A DNA stretch of 64,000 nucleotides from Plasmodiophora brassicae (lineage: Eukaryota): the NCBI GenBank assembly GCA_036867785.1, contig CP145409.1:1922001-1986000 (forward strand). The letters are read 5' to 3'. Within the stretch, counting starts at the first letter, position 1. Each line of letters begins with the position of its first letter. The position numbers and the translations under genes were made by a program. The notes under the pieces are model-generated. The model did no database searches and was not told where the DNA came from. It worked only from the letters and a program-made list of their open reading frames with translations. Shown here in pieces: positions 35,611-48,381 of the stretch.

Positions 35611-37492
35611 TGCGTGTCTGATCTCTGCAGGTCACTTGTCGCACCAGGTCGTCTTCCAGGCACCATCACGAATGGAACGCCAGCTGGACAACCGCTGGAA
35701 GAAGCAGAACTGGATGGACATCGACATTGGCGCGTGACCGGTCCTCTGGCGCTCGCAGACGCGCAATCCTCGATTTACTAATGAACAATAATAATGAACG
35801 GTAAACCGGCGATAAGCTGGCGTCGGCGAATTCGTCGTTGCTTAGTGCCATGGCGTTCAGCATTGGTAAGACTGCCAAGAGGAACGACGCGCGCGGCAAT
35901 GGTTTGGCAAGGTCGAATCAGGCCGGGTCGTGTGTGCAACGGCGACCCTATGTCCGCATCTACTATAATGCCAAAGAGGTTGCGACATCTCATTGTGCTG
36001 TATCAGAGATGCCGACGTGCTGGGCGTGATGACGTCAACGGTGGGCACCGGTGGCGTAACCAGCTGGTGGGACCGTCGCCGACACCGAATAAAGGACGGC
36101 CGATTCCAGCGGCTGCCATTATCCAGGACCGCCATCTCGCATCGTTCGTTGCCGACCGGGATCGTACACTTGAGCGGGATGCCGATCGGGCAGACGTGAT
36201 ATCGGGGGCCAACGCGGTCCCAGAAGGCGCCGCCGTTCCGATGTCGTACGGCCGACCTCGCAGTGGTCCACCTCCTGCAACAGAAGCAAATACTTGGCTG
36301 GATTACAGAGTCGCTGTCCACCTTGGTGTGAGACGATGTCCCTCGGGTAATGCATAGTAGTGGTTGCTATCGGCGCACGTCGATGCCTCGGAATCACCAC
36401 GTCAGCAGCAGTCGCTTGCCCAACCTGGTGCAATCCTCGTTGCCGGAATGCAATACAAACAGGCGGGAACCATTGAATCGCTGGAATTGCTGACAAAAGT
36501 ACCGCCTTCTAGTTACCTACCAAATCTGTCACAGGTACGTTCTGCCATCAACGTAGGTAGGCTAGCTGCAGCTATCGCTGCAACGCCATCTGATGTGCTA
36601 TCCGTTCGTTCGTTGCGTTCCGACGTCCAAACGCTGTAACGCTGGGCGTGCAATCGGCGGTCCCCAAGCTACCAGCGCAGGTCGACACGATGGGCGTGAT
36701 CGGGGCTGGTCGCCGGCTTGAGGCTTGATCTTGCAGAGAAGCTCCGTGGCTCGTGGTGTTCCGATCCGGGTTGAGTTGAGGCTTGATCTGGCCGTTGTTC
36801 CGATCCGGGTTGGTGGGGTGATGCGATGCCGAGTCATGGAACCGCATCTTCGACGAACAGTGACATCGATAAAAGTTTACCCCTATACATACATGCACTA
36901 CAATATTGAACGCGGAGCATCGACTTGGTTTGTGGCCACTGAATCGCGCCGCGCCGCACGTGCGACACGCCGTTGAGCAGTGCCAACCCGGCCTGACGCA
37001 TCTTCGGGAGCAGATCCAGAACCTAACCGCGAGCATCGAGGTTCATGAGACGGGTACGCATACAGCAAGGCAGTTGGCCGCTTCGCATGCGGAAGACACT
37101 GTCGATGAAGATATCGGCGATTAAGATGCCCATGACTAGTACTGTATGCTGAATCCAGCATTGCCACCTCATCGAACGCGAGCGGCGACTGCCACCGGTT
37201 GTCCCACCTGCAACTGTATCGCCCAGGTTACGCGGAGATGAGGCGATGACGGCATGACGCACCGGGCATATCTGCATAAGTCATACAGCTGCGTACCCCC
37301 CCCCCCAACTGCCGCAGCCGGCGTCGCGCCCTGATATCCGGTCGGCATTGTTTTGCAGGAAGGTTCCCGGGGCGTGCAGCTCTACGTGAGCGTTGCGTGC
37401 CAGGAGTGCGGCTGGGGCTAGATTTAGACGACGACGCCGCCACGGACTTGGTGCAGCTGTCAGTCGCGGGCTGCCCTTGCCAGACCAATTCC

Positions 37493-38818
37493 ATGTCGGC
37501 GACGGTCGCCATCGTCATCGTCGTCGCTGGCGTCGTCGTCGTCAGCGGCGGCGTCGTCGATGACGGCGGCGCGCTGCGCGCCCTGAACCCGTATCCGACG
37601 CCGCCCAGGTCGCCGGCCTTGCCGAGTTCCGACGGCGACGTCGCCTCCGGTATGGCGGAAATCCATCTGTCGTCTCTTCCGCCGCCTGGCGACGTTGCCA
37701 GGCCGAGCTACCGTCGAGCTTTAGCGCCACTCGAAGTGATTACCGAATCCGAACCGACGGTCCTGCAAGGCAGGGAGCCGCTGAAGGACAATTTCGTCGC
37801 CATGCAACAGCGTCGAAATTCGCTCGGGGCGCCGAGCTATCCGCCTCCGAACCCGGCGACCTCGATGGGCCCGCAAGGCAGCGCGGCAGCCGTCCTGTTC
37901 CCGATGTATCTGCGACGCGGTAGCGCCGATCGGATACCCGTCGACTGGCCGGTCGACGACAATGTCGATTACGACTCCGACACCGACTCTCTTGACGGCA
38001 ACGACGCCGTCGTCGTTCCCGAACCGGATCATGAGCCAGTGCCAGAGCGGCGACTTAAGCGATCATATTCGGTATACGAAGGCCCGGTGACGAAGCCACT
38101 GCCGAATCCGAAATACGTGCTCGTGCGAACGAGCTCGAGCCCGACGAATCAAGTCCCGGAACCGTTGGTTGAGTTGGCGCCCGCGGTGACCCCATCCGTT
38201 GCAACGCAACGCACCAGGGCGGTGGGACCTGTCAGTAATGTTGTCCCAGAACCCGACGTTCACGTCCCTGAGCAGCCTGCACCTGCGCCGCCGCAGTCAT
38301 CGCCATCGTCGACAGCTGTCCCTGATGATGTCCTTCGCCCGGCACCACCAAAGCCGATGAAGTTGAAGGTCTGGGGGAAACTCTCACACGCAGCCCATCC
38401 AGCGATTGCCGGATCTGTCGCCCTAATAGCGCTCCTGTCCCGTCATCTTCCCGTCCCGAAGGAACCGATTGTGCACCAGCCGCCTGTATCTAAAGTCAGC
38501 GTTGCCGTCGCCGTTGCCGCCGGGGCCTCTGTCGGGTATGCCATTCGGCAACGGGCTGTGTCGTCGAGGAACGTGCGGCACCGGCCGGTCGCGTTCCCAC
38601 AGAAGCACCTGCCGCCGCCGATCAAGGGCAACGGCAACAACCTCGTGATCCTGTGCACCATCTGCGTCGTCTGCGCCGTGCTGGTCTCCATCGTCCTGTT
38701 CTATTTCGTGTCGTGGTCGACCCAGTTCCCCCGGATCAAGGGCGTCCCCCATGACCCGTTCGTGTTCGGGTCGTCCGCGCCGACCGACGAGCCCCCTGCC
38801 GTTATTATCGCCGCATAG
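37493..38818 (+). CDS. Proline-rich signal-peptide protein with C-terminal hydrophobic/TM segments (candidate surface or effector protein)
   Basis: Hydrophobic N-terminus MSATVAIVIVVAGVVVVSG, a long P/E/D/S-rich disordered body, and TM LVILCTICVVCAVLVSIVLFYFV. Confidence 0.7.
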   Translation: MSATVAIVIVVAGVVVVSGGVVDDGGALRALNPYPTPPRSPALPSSDGDVASGMAEIHLSSLPPPGDVARPSYRRALAPLEVITESEPTVLQGREPLKDNFVAMQQRRNSLGAPSYPPPNPATSMGPQGSAAAVLFPMYLRRGSADRIPVDWPVDDNVDYDSDTDSLDGNDAVVVPEPDHEPVPERRLKRSYSVYEGPVTKPLPNPKYVLVRTSSSPTNQVPEPLVELAPAVTPSVATQRTRAVGPVSNVVPEPDVHVPEQPAPAPPQSSPSSTAVPDDVLRPAPPKPMKLKVWGKLSHAAHPAIAGSVALIALLSRHLPVPKEPIVHQPPVSKVSVAVAVAAGASVGYAIRQRAVSSRNVRHRPVAFPQKHLPPPIKGNGNNLVILCTICVVCAVLVSIVLFYFVSWSTQFPRIKGVPHDPFVFGSSAPTDEPPAVIIAA

Positions 38819-38849
38819 CATTTAACATTCCTATAATATACGTCCGCAT

Positions 38850-39085
38850 ATATCGTTGTTGCTACGCGCCGTTGTTGTCTGCACTTTGCGCCCGAGTCGC
38901 TCGCTGCTGATGCGCTGTTGTTGACTGCACCTCCGCATACAATATATCCGTGTTGCTACGCGCTGTTGTTGTCTGCACATGTGCCCGAGCCGATCACTGT
39001 CGACGCGCTGTTGTTGTCTGCACATGTGCCCGAGTCGTTCGCTGCCGCTACGCCACTGTTGACTGCACCTGGGCCAAAGTCGTTG
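38850..39085. repeat. Degenerate minisatellite, about 5 units of about 45 bp
   Basis: The core cgc(g)ctgttgttg(t/a)ctgcac...gcccgag(t/c)cg recurs at about 38864, 38910, 38958, 39003 and 39048. Confidence 0.85.
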
Positions 39086-39168
39086 ACTACCCTGCACCAT
39101 GGCGCCCCCGAGGCGGCGCGCGGAGTTCACGAAGACGGCGTAACGGGGGCGCGACGGTTGCTGCGCCG

Positions 39169-40140
39169 ATGGCGGCGCCATGGATGCGAATGAAGCACGC
39201 GTTCAACGTGTTCATGAAGGATACGAGGAAGCGTGAGTCCGATGACCGTCGGGTACGGTACTGCGCGCGGTGTTGCCTCTGAACGCGCCCGTTAGTCGTC
39301 AAGAACGAGTTCCTGCTGCCGTCCGTCGGCGACCCCGTCGACATGGTCCGGTTCGACACCCAGCGGGATTGCGATCGGTTCCAGATCGTTTGCGATTCGT
39401 CGTTCGGCGGTACGCCACCCCGGATGCGCTTCACAATCGCGTACCTCTGTGACACTGATTGTCAGGAAAGTCGACGGCAACGCTACGACTGGGAGAGGGA
39501 TCGGAACCCGATACGAAAAGCGGTTAGGATTGCGGTGCTCTGGGCGCGATGACGGTTAGCTGAGTGAGTGCAGGCGTTCTGTCCGGGTATCTGTCTGTCG
39601 CCAAGGGGTCCAATGAGGAGCTGATCCGCAGCGGGTACGTCGGCATGTTAACGCCGGCCCAGTTCCCGCCGTGGGATGTATCGGAAACGCCCGATATCGG
39701 TCAGCGGTGCCACGCAGAACAAGGCGGTACCGTTGGCTGACTGTTTGTGAATGCAGAGGTTCGGTGCCGGACCGATGGCGGGTGCTACGCCATCAACGTA
39801 CATTGCCAGCTGTCGTTCAGCAGTGGCCTGCTGTATCAAGGTTACGTTACAATTGGCGCTGACGAGTGGAAGACGCTAAGGCTGCCGCTTCCTGAGTTCC
39901 TGCCAGTCCTTGCTGGGCGGGTGGCGACAGGTTCAGTTATCGCGCGTGTGCGACCTCGGTATACGTTAACCGGTGTGCTCCGCCGCAGGACGCTGGACGC
40001 CCAGCTTAAACCGAATTATCAAGGTCGGCGTTAGCGTCATCGGCAAGCAGGGGCCGTTCAGATTCGAACTTGAATCCATTCGAGCGCTGCCCCCACCAGA
40101 AGGCAAGACTCTGTCGGACTACGAGGACGACGATCTGTAA
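39169..40140 (+). CDS. NDUFAF1: Complex I assembly factor CIA30/NDUFAF1, multi-exon
   Basis: FQIVCDSSFGG, DGGCYAINV, LYQGYV...EWKTLRLP..EFL...GRV, QGPFRFELESIRA. Confidence 0.75.
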
Positions 40141-40159
40141 GATAATTACACCTGTATTC

Positions 40160-40769
40160 TCAATTGCCGAGCAGGTCGTAGTCGTCGAGCTGGTCCGAGT
40201 ACTTCATAATGTGCCGCTTGATCTTTGACGTGTCCGTCCAGGTGACGAAATCCTCTAACGTTCGCGTGATTAGCATGGCCGGGTCGTTGACGACGTTAGG
40301 GCCGACGCGAACGTGGCCCGCCTCGATGAACGTCACCGCTTCACGTAGCGTTTCGGCCATCTTTATGCGAACCATGACAACTGGCAGGCGACGTCGACAG
40401 AATGACGAAGCAGTAATGTTCGCACAAAGCGACAAGCTCTTCTTACTGGTGATCAGACCCATGTTGTACCTAAAACACAGATGCGTCTCAGCAAACCGTA
40501 CCAGGACACACAAGATGATGGGCACACAATTTCTCAAGAAGATGCTCTGTAGTCTTGCACCGGAACGGGTCTCGTGGGTCCAACGCAAGCAGCTGATTGG
40601 ACAGTTTCTTGATGACGCCGCACAGACGGTTATACTTGACATAGTCCTCGCGGTCCTGGATGTGGTACCGTCTCAGGATCGTGATCTCGCGTTGCGACTG
40701 GTCGGTTTTCCATTGCAGGAAGTCGACCTTCTTAAGCAGACGCTGTTCATGATGCTTCAACTGCCGCAT
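40160..40769 (-). CDS. IMP3: U3 snoRNP protein IMP3 (one intron at about 40470-40526)
   Basis: [41 protein letters not shown]...EDFVTW, DDYDLL. Confidence 0.95.
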
Positions 40770-41143
40770 CGGCGAGGTTGTCCTCTGAGGATGGCCACGG
40801 AGGCACGGACTCCGTCACGGACTTGCTGCGGATCTCGCGGACTGGACCGTGGTTCCAACCTGCCGGATGCAGGTACCACTTGTCACTGCTTGCGCTTGCT
40901 TGTGCACAGGTCGAGGTTAACAACAATAAACGGAATGCTGTAGAGCGCCCCTGCAGAATCGGTCTTCCAGAATTAAACCTGCCCGACGCGATATTGCAAT
41001 TGTGGCGGTCTGGTGGTGACGATTCTCAAGCGTTAAGGGGTCTGTGCCCGTTGGGAAAGTGCGATCTCTACAAGACGCATCGGCGATTTGGATACTTTGG
41101 ACGTCGCAATGGAACGGCCGTTTACAATTCCAGGCTCGTCGTA

Positions 41144-43046
41144 TTATGCATTGGGAGGACCCGTTGCAGTAGGTGGGGCGGGCGTCGCCTCCTTATTCTT
41201 GCCCTTGAAGTCGGCAATACGCTGCTCCATCGTCGGCCGGAAATGGCGAATCAGACCTTGAACGGGCCACGCGGCCGCATCGCCAAGGGCGCAGATCGTG
41301 TGCCCTTCGATCTGCTTGGTCACCTCCAGCAGCATGTCGATCTCTTCCAGTTCTGCATCACCTTTCTGCATCCGGGTCATTAACTTGTAGAGCCACGGAG
41401 TACCCTCACGGCAGGGCGTGCACTGCCCACAACTCTCATGCTTGTAGAAGTACGACAGACGTTGGATCGCTTTGATCATGTCGGTCTGCTTGTTCATCAC
41501 CATAACAGCTGCTGTGCCCAACCCCGACTGGACGGCTTTCAGGGCGTCGAAATCCATCCTGTACAACGACGAATAAGATGAACCTCTAGGCGCGGACACG
41601 ACGAATAGGACGCACAGAACCGTCTCGCACGTCTTCTTCGGAATGCAGGGGACGGACGAACCGCCGGGGATAATGGCCAACAGGTTGTCCCAGCCGCCCT
41701 GGACGCCTCCGGCATGTTTCTCGATCAGTTCCCTGAGCGAAACGCTCATGGATTCTAGCGACAGCCGGGTCAGGCAGCACGTCCCGTTCCGCAGGTACAG
41801 CCTCGAACCACACCTTCCACTACGATCGGGTTGTTGACATGGCCTGAGATCGCGAACAGCTTCGTGCCGTGGTTGTTCTTGCGCCCGAACCCGGAGAACC
41901 AAGACGCGCCTCGCCGCAAGATCGTGGGCGACACCGCAACGGTTTCCACGTTCGTCACCGTTGTCGGGCAGCCGTACAGGCCGACGTTCGCGGGAAACGG
42001 CGGCTTCAAACGTGGCTTGCCCGGGTTGCCCTCCAGACTCTCGATCAGCCCTGTTTCTTCGCCTGTTCCCAACCAGTGGTAAATGGGGGGGCGCCACCAA
42101 CCTCAACGCGTACCGACACCCGTACCGCAGATGTAGGCACCCGCTCCTCGATGCACATAGACATCGAAATCGTAACCGGAGCCGCACGCGTTCGCACCCA
42201 GGAATTTCTTGTCATACGCCTGGACGAACGGCAATGACAAACGAGATCCCTCGCTGGTGCAGAGCACGGGGGCGCACCTCGACAACGGCCTGCTCAAGCT
42301 GATTGGCTTCGTAGATGAACTCGCCGCGAACGTAGATGTATGCCGCCTTTGCTCCCATCGCAAACCTGGACGCCCACATGCCGTTACGGTATGCCCTTGA
42401 CCGGACGGATGCGTCCAACGCACCCGGCAATGAGTGCACCCTCGACGAGTTTATGGGGGTCGTTGCGAAGGATCTCCCTGTCCTTGCACGTTCCAGGTTC
42501 ACTCTCGTCGGCGTTGATGACGAGGTACGAGGGACGCCCGTCGGACACCTGAAACGGCGGGCGATCAGCAGCGACCCGGACGTATGGGGCGGCGACAGCA
42601 CGTACCTTGGGCATGAAGGACCACTTGAGACCCGATGGGAATCCGGCACCTCCTCGGCCACGAAGCCCGGACGCTTTAATCTCGTCAATTATCCAGTCCC
42701 GGCCCATCAGGAGCAGGTCCTTCGTCCGGTGCCAATCGCCCTGCGTGCAATCCGGTCAGTGACACACCAGAACCGGCGTTATACCCGATGTGTGAACCCG
42801 TTTGATCGCGCCGTTGACCCCGATGTCATGCTCCCCGTACAGATTCGTGAAGATGCGGTCCGCGTCCGTCAGGTCCCTGTGCACGTACGGCGGCTCCTCT
42901 TTCGGCTTCGGCGCCGCCCCGCTCAGCATGCGCGGCAACCCTGACGACGGCACGCACACACCCATCAAACCCGGGACCCACGGCCGCCCCCTCCCCACAC
43001 CACCGATCGACCGTCGGCCGTGCAGCGCCCGTCGTACGAACGCCAT
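41144..43046 (-). CDS. NDUFV1: NADH dehydrogenase flavoprotein 1 (complex I 51 kDa subunit), multi-exon
   Basis: [81 protein letters not shown]. Confidence 0.97.
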
Positions 43047-43249
43047 CCCCGCCCCACACCCAAACCACAAATGATGCCACTGGCCGCTTCTACGACTGCC
43101 GTCCGTCAGGGCAACCGCCCAAAAACCGATGATGACACGACCTCCAAGGGAGGGGCGCGAGTTTCAACTCTTGTTTTGGTGCCTCGGGGGCCGCCTATGT
43201 ACCAACGAACCTGACCAATACACGCACGAACGAACGCAGGGCAACGGGT

Positions 43250-46200
43250 TCACGATTTAGCAGATCCGATCTCAGGCCAGTAGGTGCTGGCGGACGGGTT
43301 CAGGTGGATCGCCCGCTGGTACGCGATTGTGGACGAACGCGCATCGCCGAGGTTCTTGTGCGCGACGCCCAGCTGAAACCAGGCCGGGGACTGTAGAGGG
43401 GCCGCCCGGCAAGCGCTGGTGAAATCGGCGAGCGCGTCCTCCCACTGGCCGAGCTGTCCGTTAACGAGTCCACGGTTGAACTGGCGAAGTACGACCGCGA
43501 ACGGTGAGCTGGTCGTCAGGGCGGCTTGGTCCAGAAGCTGTTTAGCGCGTTGCCACTTCCGGCCCCGACGAAGAACGATCGCGTAGAGGACGAGGACGTC
43601 ATGCCAATCCGGCCACTGCTCGAGTAGCCGCTCACAAGTCGCCAGAGCCGGCTTGAACCGTTTCGCGAGGTAATCAGCACAACACTGTATGAAATCGCTC
43701 GCCCGTGCTTCTGCCCAAACTGCCGTCAGACGGACCATAACGTGTGTCAATAAAAACCTTACCAATAGACGGGTCATTGCCACGTGAAGCAATGACGCCT
43801 TCCTGTGGTTCTTGCTGGACAACTGCACGAATCGCCTTCGCAGTCGCAACCCGTCGAAGACGACGAGCGACGCCGTCTGACGCAACATCAGCGAGCTGGC
43901 GTTCAGCCATGCACAGCAGGCGCCAGCCATGCTGGTTGAGCGGGTCATCTCGAACCGACAGCTGAGCGGCCTTCAGCGAACCGGCTACGTCGCCGAGGTA
44001 CTGAAGGGCGACGGCTTGCAGAGCGTGGCCAATGCCCTTTGGAAGATGGGCAACCCAAGGCGCCGCTCTATCCGGGCGAGACGAAATATGCCACTGGGCT
44101 AGCTGGACGAGAACGCGACCATCACTCGGGTCGTCACGAACGCACTGCTGTGCGAGACGGATGGCGTCCGAAATCGATTGGGAAGCAAACGCGCGATGGA
44201 GCTTGGCCGGAAGAGAAGGCGTACCCGTCGGTGCAATTGACGTGAGGCTCTCTCCGCGTTCGCGTAGGATCTTGACGCACGATTCAACAAGTTCGTCGGA
44301 AGGCTGACCGCACCCTCCAGCGATGATGCGAATCTTGTCTAGGGTTTGCTGAGACTCAGGAGAATCACGAGCCGACAGGAACGCAAGAGCATCGGAAGCG
44401 TGGCCCGACAGTGCTGCCGCCCATGCCACAGATCGCTCCACTGCACGATCAAATTCGGACGTCTGCGTCAACTGACGAAGGACGCTTACGATGACCTCCG
44501 AGCCATGCCCACTTAGAGCAGATGCCACAGCCATATTGACGTTCGCTGTCGACTGCTGCACAGGGAGCGCAGGCTGGAACACGGTTTGGAGGACGGACAA
44601 GGCGCTGGCCGGATCGCCCGTGGCAGAAAGAGCGCACGCCAGACTGTTCGCAACCGAAAGCGAACCAGGCTGATCTTCGTTCGACCTTCACCGATTCCCA
44701 GGATCAATTAAAACATCGAATTAACGCAGCAGCAATAGCGGACGTACTTTCTAAGGTAGAATAGCCCTTCCCGTGACGTTTGAGAGACAGCCAGGTACGA
44801 TTCGGCCAGGCCAACGCGCGCTGACCGCGTTGGCATAATTTCCACTGAACGAAGGAACGAGTCTGCGACTGCAGAAGGAGACGCACCGGTGTACCGCTGA
44901 ACGAGGGCATATGCACTCCATAGTGACGCACACAGAGGATCGATGCATTGCGCCGAGGCGATGGACGTAACGGCCTTGTCGACGTCGCCGTACTGTAGAG
45001 CGATCAGAGCCGCAATCGACTGCATTTCGCTGTTGGCAGAGAGCGAGATGGCACGTCCCAAACAGTGGCAACGAAGAACACGTTGGCTTTCCGGCAACGT
45101 CATAGCGAGGGCTGACCACGCACGTGCAGACGCCCCGTCTAGACGAATCGCGGCACGGAAACAATGCTGTGCGATCGTCGACGTGCTCGATGCCCCCATA
45201 TCGAACCTATAGCAAGAAGCAACCCGTTTAGTCCCCAGCAATCGGGCGCGTTGCTGGCGGTCAATACCAGGCCGATGACTGCCCAGGTCGTAGGTACGCG
45301 CATCGAGAGTATGCACGTCTTGCAGCCGCTCGATGTTTCCGCAGGAGTTCGATGTCACCCAGCAGCTTGAACTTGGTGAACAAAGGCGATGGCTTGAGGT
45401 CGAGAAGCTGAGACCTCGCGCGACCCAACAGGTCCTGGCCGTGGGCGAATGCGCCAGAGTCGATCAACTCCCGGGCGCGCTCCAGCAACGCACGCGCCAG
45501 CATAATTCCCCAGGCGGTAGACGATGGGTTGCCAGTGCTCAGTAACGATATTGCCTCGCGCGGCATTCCCATGTAGAGTCGAATCTCAGCAAGAGAGTAA
45601 CGAGCACGAGCCGAGTCCTCGGGACACAAATCAATAGCACGTTGTAAGGCCTTCGCAGCGGAATCCAGTTTGCCCATCCGCCGGTACACAAAGCCTAACT
45701 GCGACCAGAGGTCATAGCTGCTTCCAGAAACCTTCAGCAGGGATTGCAGGTCGCCGACCGCGTCTAGCCATTGACTGGAGCGCATGTGGGCCCCGAGCAG
45801 AGCGCGATAGGCCCAGGCAGTATCTTGGACGGGTTGTTGACCCGACACAAACGGCTGGCACACTGAGACGATCTCGGCATCTGGAGGCGACAGCGTTTCG
45901 CAAAGGGCCCGACCGGCGGTGGTATCGGTTGCGTCCAGAGACAGCGCTTTGCGAAAGCATTTCCGAGCTCGTTCGTCGTCACGTTTGAAGGTCTGGTAGT
46001 AGACGCCAAGTTGGGTCCAGGGCCTGCTCCACCTACGACAGCATCGCCCGTTAGCGAATGGATCCACCGGCTTGAACAATAGGATAGGTACCCTGGGTCA
46101 AGTCTCGCCGCTGTCATCAGTGTTTGCAAGCCCTGGGCACCAAGCTGGACGCCAAGCCGGACGTGAAACTCGGCGCATCGACCAGGGTTCACCAACGCCT

Positions 46201-47548
46201 CGGTTGGAGTCAGCGTACCCGTTTTGAACAGGGCAAATTCACGAGCAGAACGTGCCCATTCGTCCTGACTCGAGCCAACCGCAGCGACAACCTCGTCGAA
46301 CCGATTCTCTTCGATCAAGGCGTCGACGAATAGACGTTGCGCTCGAGGAGACGTTGGGCCCAGAACCCGCAGAGCTTCTGACGACTTGAGCGCCGCCGAC
46401 GTGACTTTGAGGTCAGTTTTCACAGCGTCGATCCATTCACGAGGGCCGGGCGCCGTCCCCAGCAGTTGAACGGCCTGTCGCATTCGCGAGCGAGCCTCAG
46501 TAGGGCGAGTGGGTCGCGTTTCCACATGAAGAGCGGCGAATCGTTCAGACGCCTCAACGGCAATAACGAGGGCGGCCGTATCAGATCGGACTGTGCTGAT
46601 GGACGGGTGCAGCAAGGCATACCGCTCCGCTTCGCTCAGCGATGGTGAATCGAAAACGTCGCAGGACGCCATGACAGCGCCAAGCGCCTGCCAGGCCGTT
46701 GGATCCCATGGCCGCAGCCGAGCGTATTTGCAGGCGGGTTTGCCAGCGCTAACGGCGGTTGCGTCCAAACGGTGCACCATCAGTGCAATGGCAACGTGAT
46801 CCACAGAGTCATCGGGGAACTGGCCGAGGACCGATGTGGGGGCAAGGCCACCAGACGTGACGGCGCTCCAATACAGACGCGTACGGTCGGCCATGAGCTC
46901 CGGGTCGACGTCCTTGAGATCGCGGATCTTGTCAAGGATCGGCAGACGCACCTCCCAATCATCACGATGCAATTCACGGTGGAGCTGGGCGACGCGTCGC
47001 AGCGCATGGTCGTCTTCGTCGGCGAAGTCTGCCCATATCGACAGTGACAGACGTTTGCCATCGGCGCCGTACGCGGCGGCCTGGTCGTCGAGATGTTCCG
47101 CAAGCTCGCGTCGCAGACGACGATGCGTCGCGTGATCATCGACTGTCAGCGACAGAAGTCGCTGCATGACGTCACTCAGGGACATCGGGCACACCCAGGA
47201 CGTCGGTTCCGCCAGATGCCCCCGCAGCAGGTTCCGCATGGTTCCCCAGACTAGGAGCACAGTACCGCCATTTAGTGGCTGGGCGCAGGACCCGTTCAGG
47301 AATCCGGAATTACCCTGAATGTTGTCTGGTTCCACCTCCGACGCTCGATGTAGAGCCGTCCACGCGTCGGCATATCGAGGCGGGGACAGCTGCAGGCAGG
47401 CCTGGGCGGCGACCAGCAGCAGGCGCACGTTCGACTTGTCGATACGGAGGCCCGCGCGACAGTGCCTCAGGGCCAGGTCGGCATCCTTCCCATCCAGCGC
47501 CTTGCGCGCATCCTTCAGCGCCAGCGCCGCCGCCTTGGCTGACGACAT
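43250..47548 (-). CDS. SKI3: Superkiller complex TPR protein SKI3/TTC37-like, multi-exon
   Basis: N-terminal ALKDARKAL...ALRHC, LGVYY...DDERARKCFRKALSLDATD..AG, and many TPR units to the C-terminus. The last exon (43250-43720) is assigned by inference. Confidence 0.75.
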
Positions 47549-47910
47549 CGCCCAGAGCCGGCGCTATTCTCGCCAGCGCTCCTCCTGCAACCCAAACGGC
47601 CCCTACGGCAACCCCCGTCGGAAAATGGCCAAGCCTGCCGCCGCCGGCAACAACAATACCGACGCGCGTACAGGCGCCCGTCGCAGTGCACGGGATGAAC
47701 TGATTCACTCATCGCGAATGCGAAGGAAGTTGACGGTTTCTTCGGGACACGTCGGGCCGTGTTCGAGGCGCTTTGTGACGCGAGGCCTGGGTCGGGGCGG
47801 GGAGCCCCGGAAGTGGTTCGAGCGGTTTTTTCGGGGTGTGACTGTGGTGTAGCGGTAGTCGAGGTGTCCGTCCTGGTTGGGAGGAGGAGCGGAGGGGAGG
47901 CGATCCGGCA

Positions 47911-48226
47911 ATGGCGGGGGGCCCGCGTTATGGCATGGTCAAGTGGTGGACCGCGTACCGCCGCACGAACGGCCTGCGGACGGATGTGATCTCGCCGTAC
48001 CACGGCCATCACGTTCGTTCGCTGGCGAAGAACTTCGGGCACAAGGTGCCGCACGGTTTGCCTCGGCGGGGACGACCCGGGTTGGTCTGACCGACGCGCG
48101 TTGCAGATGACGCACAAGGTGACGGATAACTTCGTCGATGCGGCTCCCGGTCTCCTGGGCGCCCTCGCTGTCTACATGTGGGGCGACTACGAGTACCAGC
48201 GCGCGCAAGAAAGCGTCTGGCCGTGA
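47911..48226 (+). CDS. Cytochrome bc1 complex subunit 8 (QCR8/UQCRQ-like) (intron 48046-48106)
   Basis: Not in the ORF track. Splices to MAGGPRYGMVKWW...VISPYHGHHVRSLAKNFGHK|MTHKVTDNFVDAAPGLLGALAVYMWGDYEYQRAQESVWP*, matching the QCR8 pattern (SP[YF]...K..HKV..N, TM helix, Y.WG..EY). Confidence 0.75.
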
Positions 48227-48381
48227 GCATCGATGACGAATGCGAAGGTTGCCTTGTAATACAGGCGTTGGATGGGTTGCCTTCCAGCTCGACACACATC
48301 TCTGGATTTCCGTGACATTTATTGGGAGTTCAGCATGTTATTCGACAGGGATTGGCGCCTTGGAGACGGACGACAACCCGT

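Noticed and set aside
35650-37400. Several short overlapping ORFs on both strands
   Set aside because: No recognisable domain or consistent exon chain, so I cannot support a gene or mobile element call.
38850-39085. Possible CRISPR-like repeat-spacer array
   Set aside because: The 'spacers' are themselves related, the repeats are degenerate, there are no cas genes and the context is eukaryotic; it is a minisatellite.
39169-48226. Apparent clustering of respiratory-chain genes (NDUFAF1, NDUFV1, QCR8)
   Set aside because: They are interspersed with unrelated genes (IMP3, SKI3) in mixed orientation, which is compatible with chance in a compact genome.
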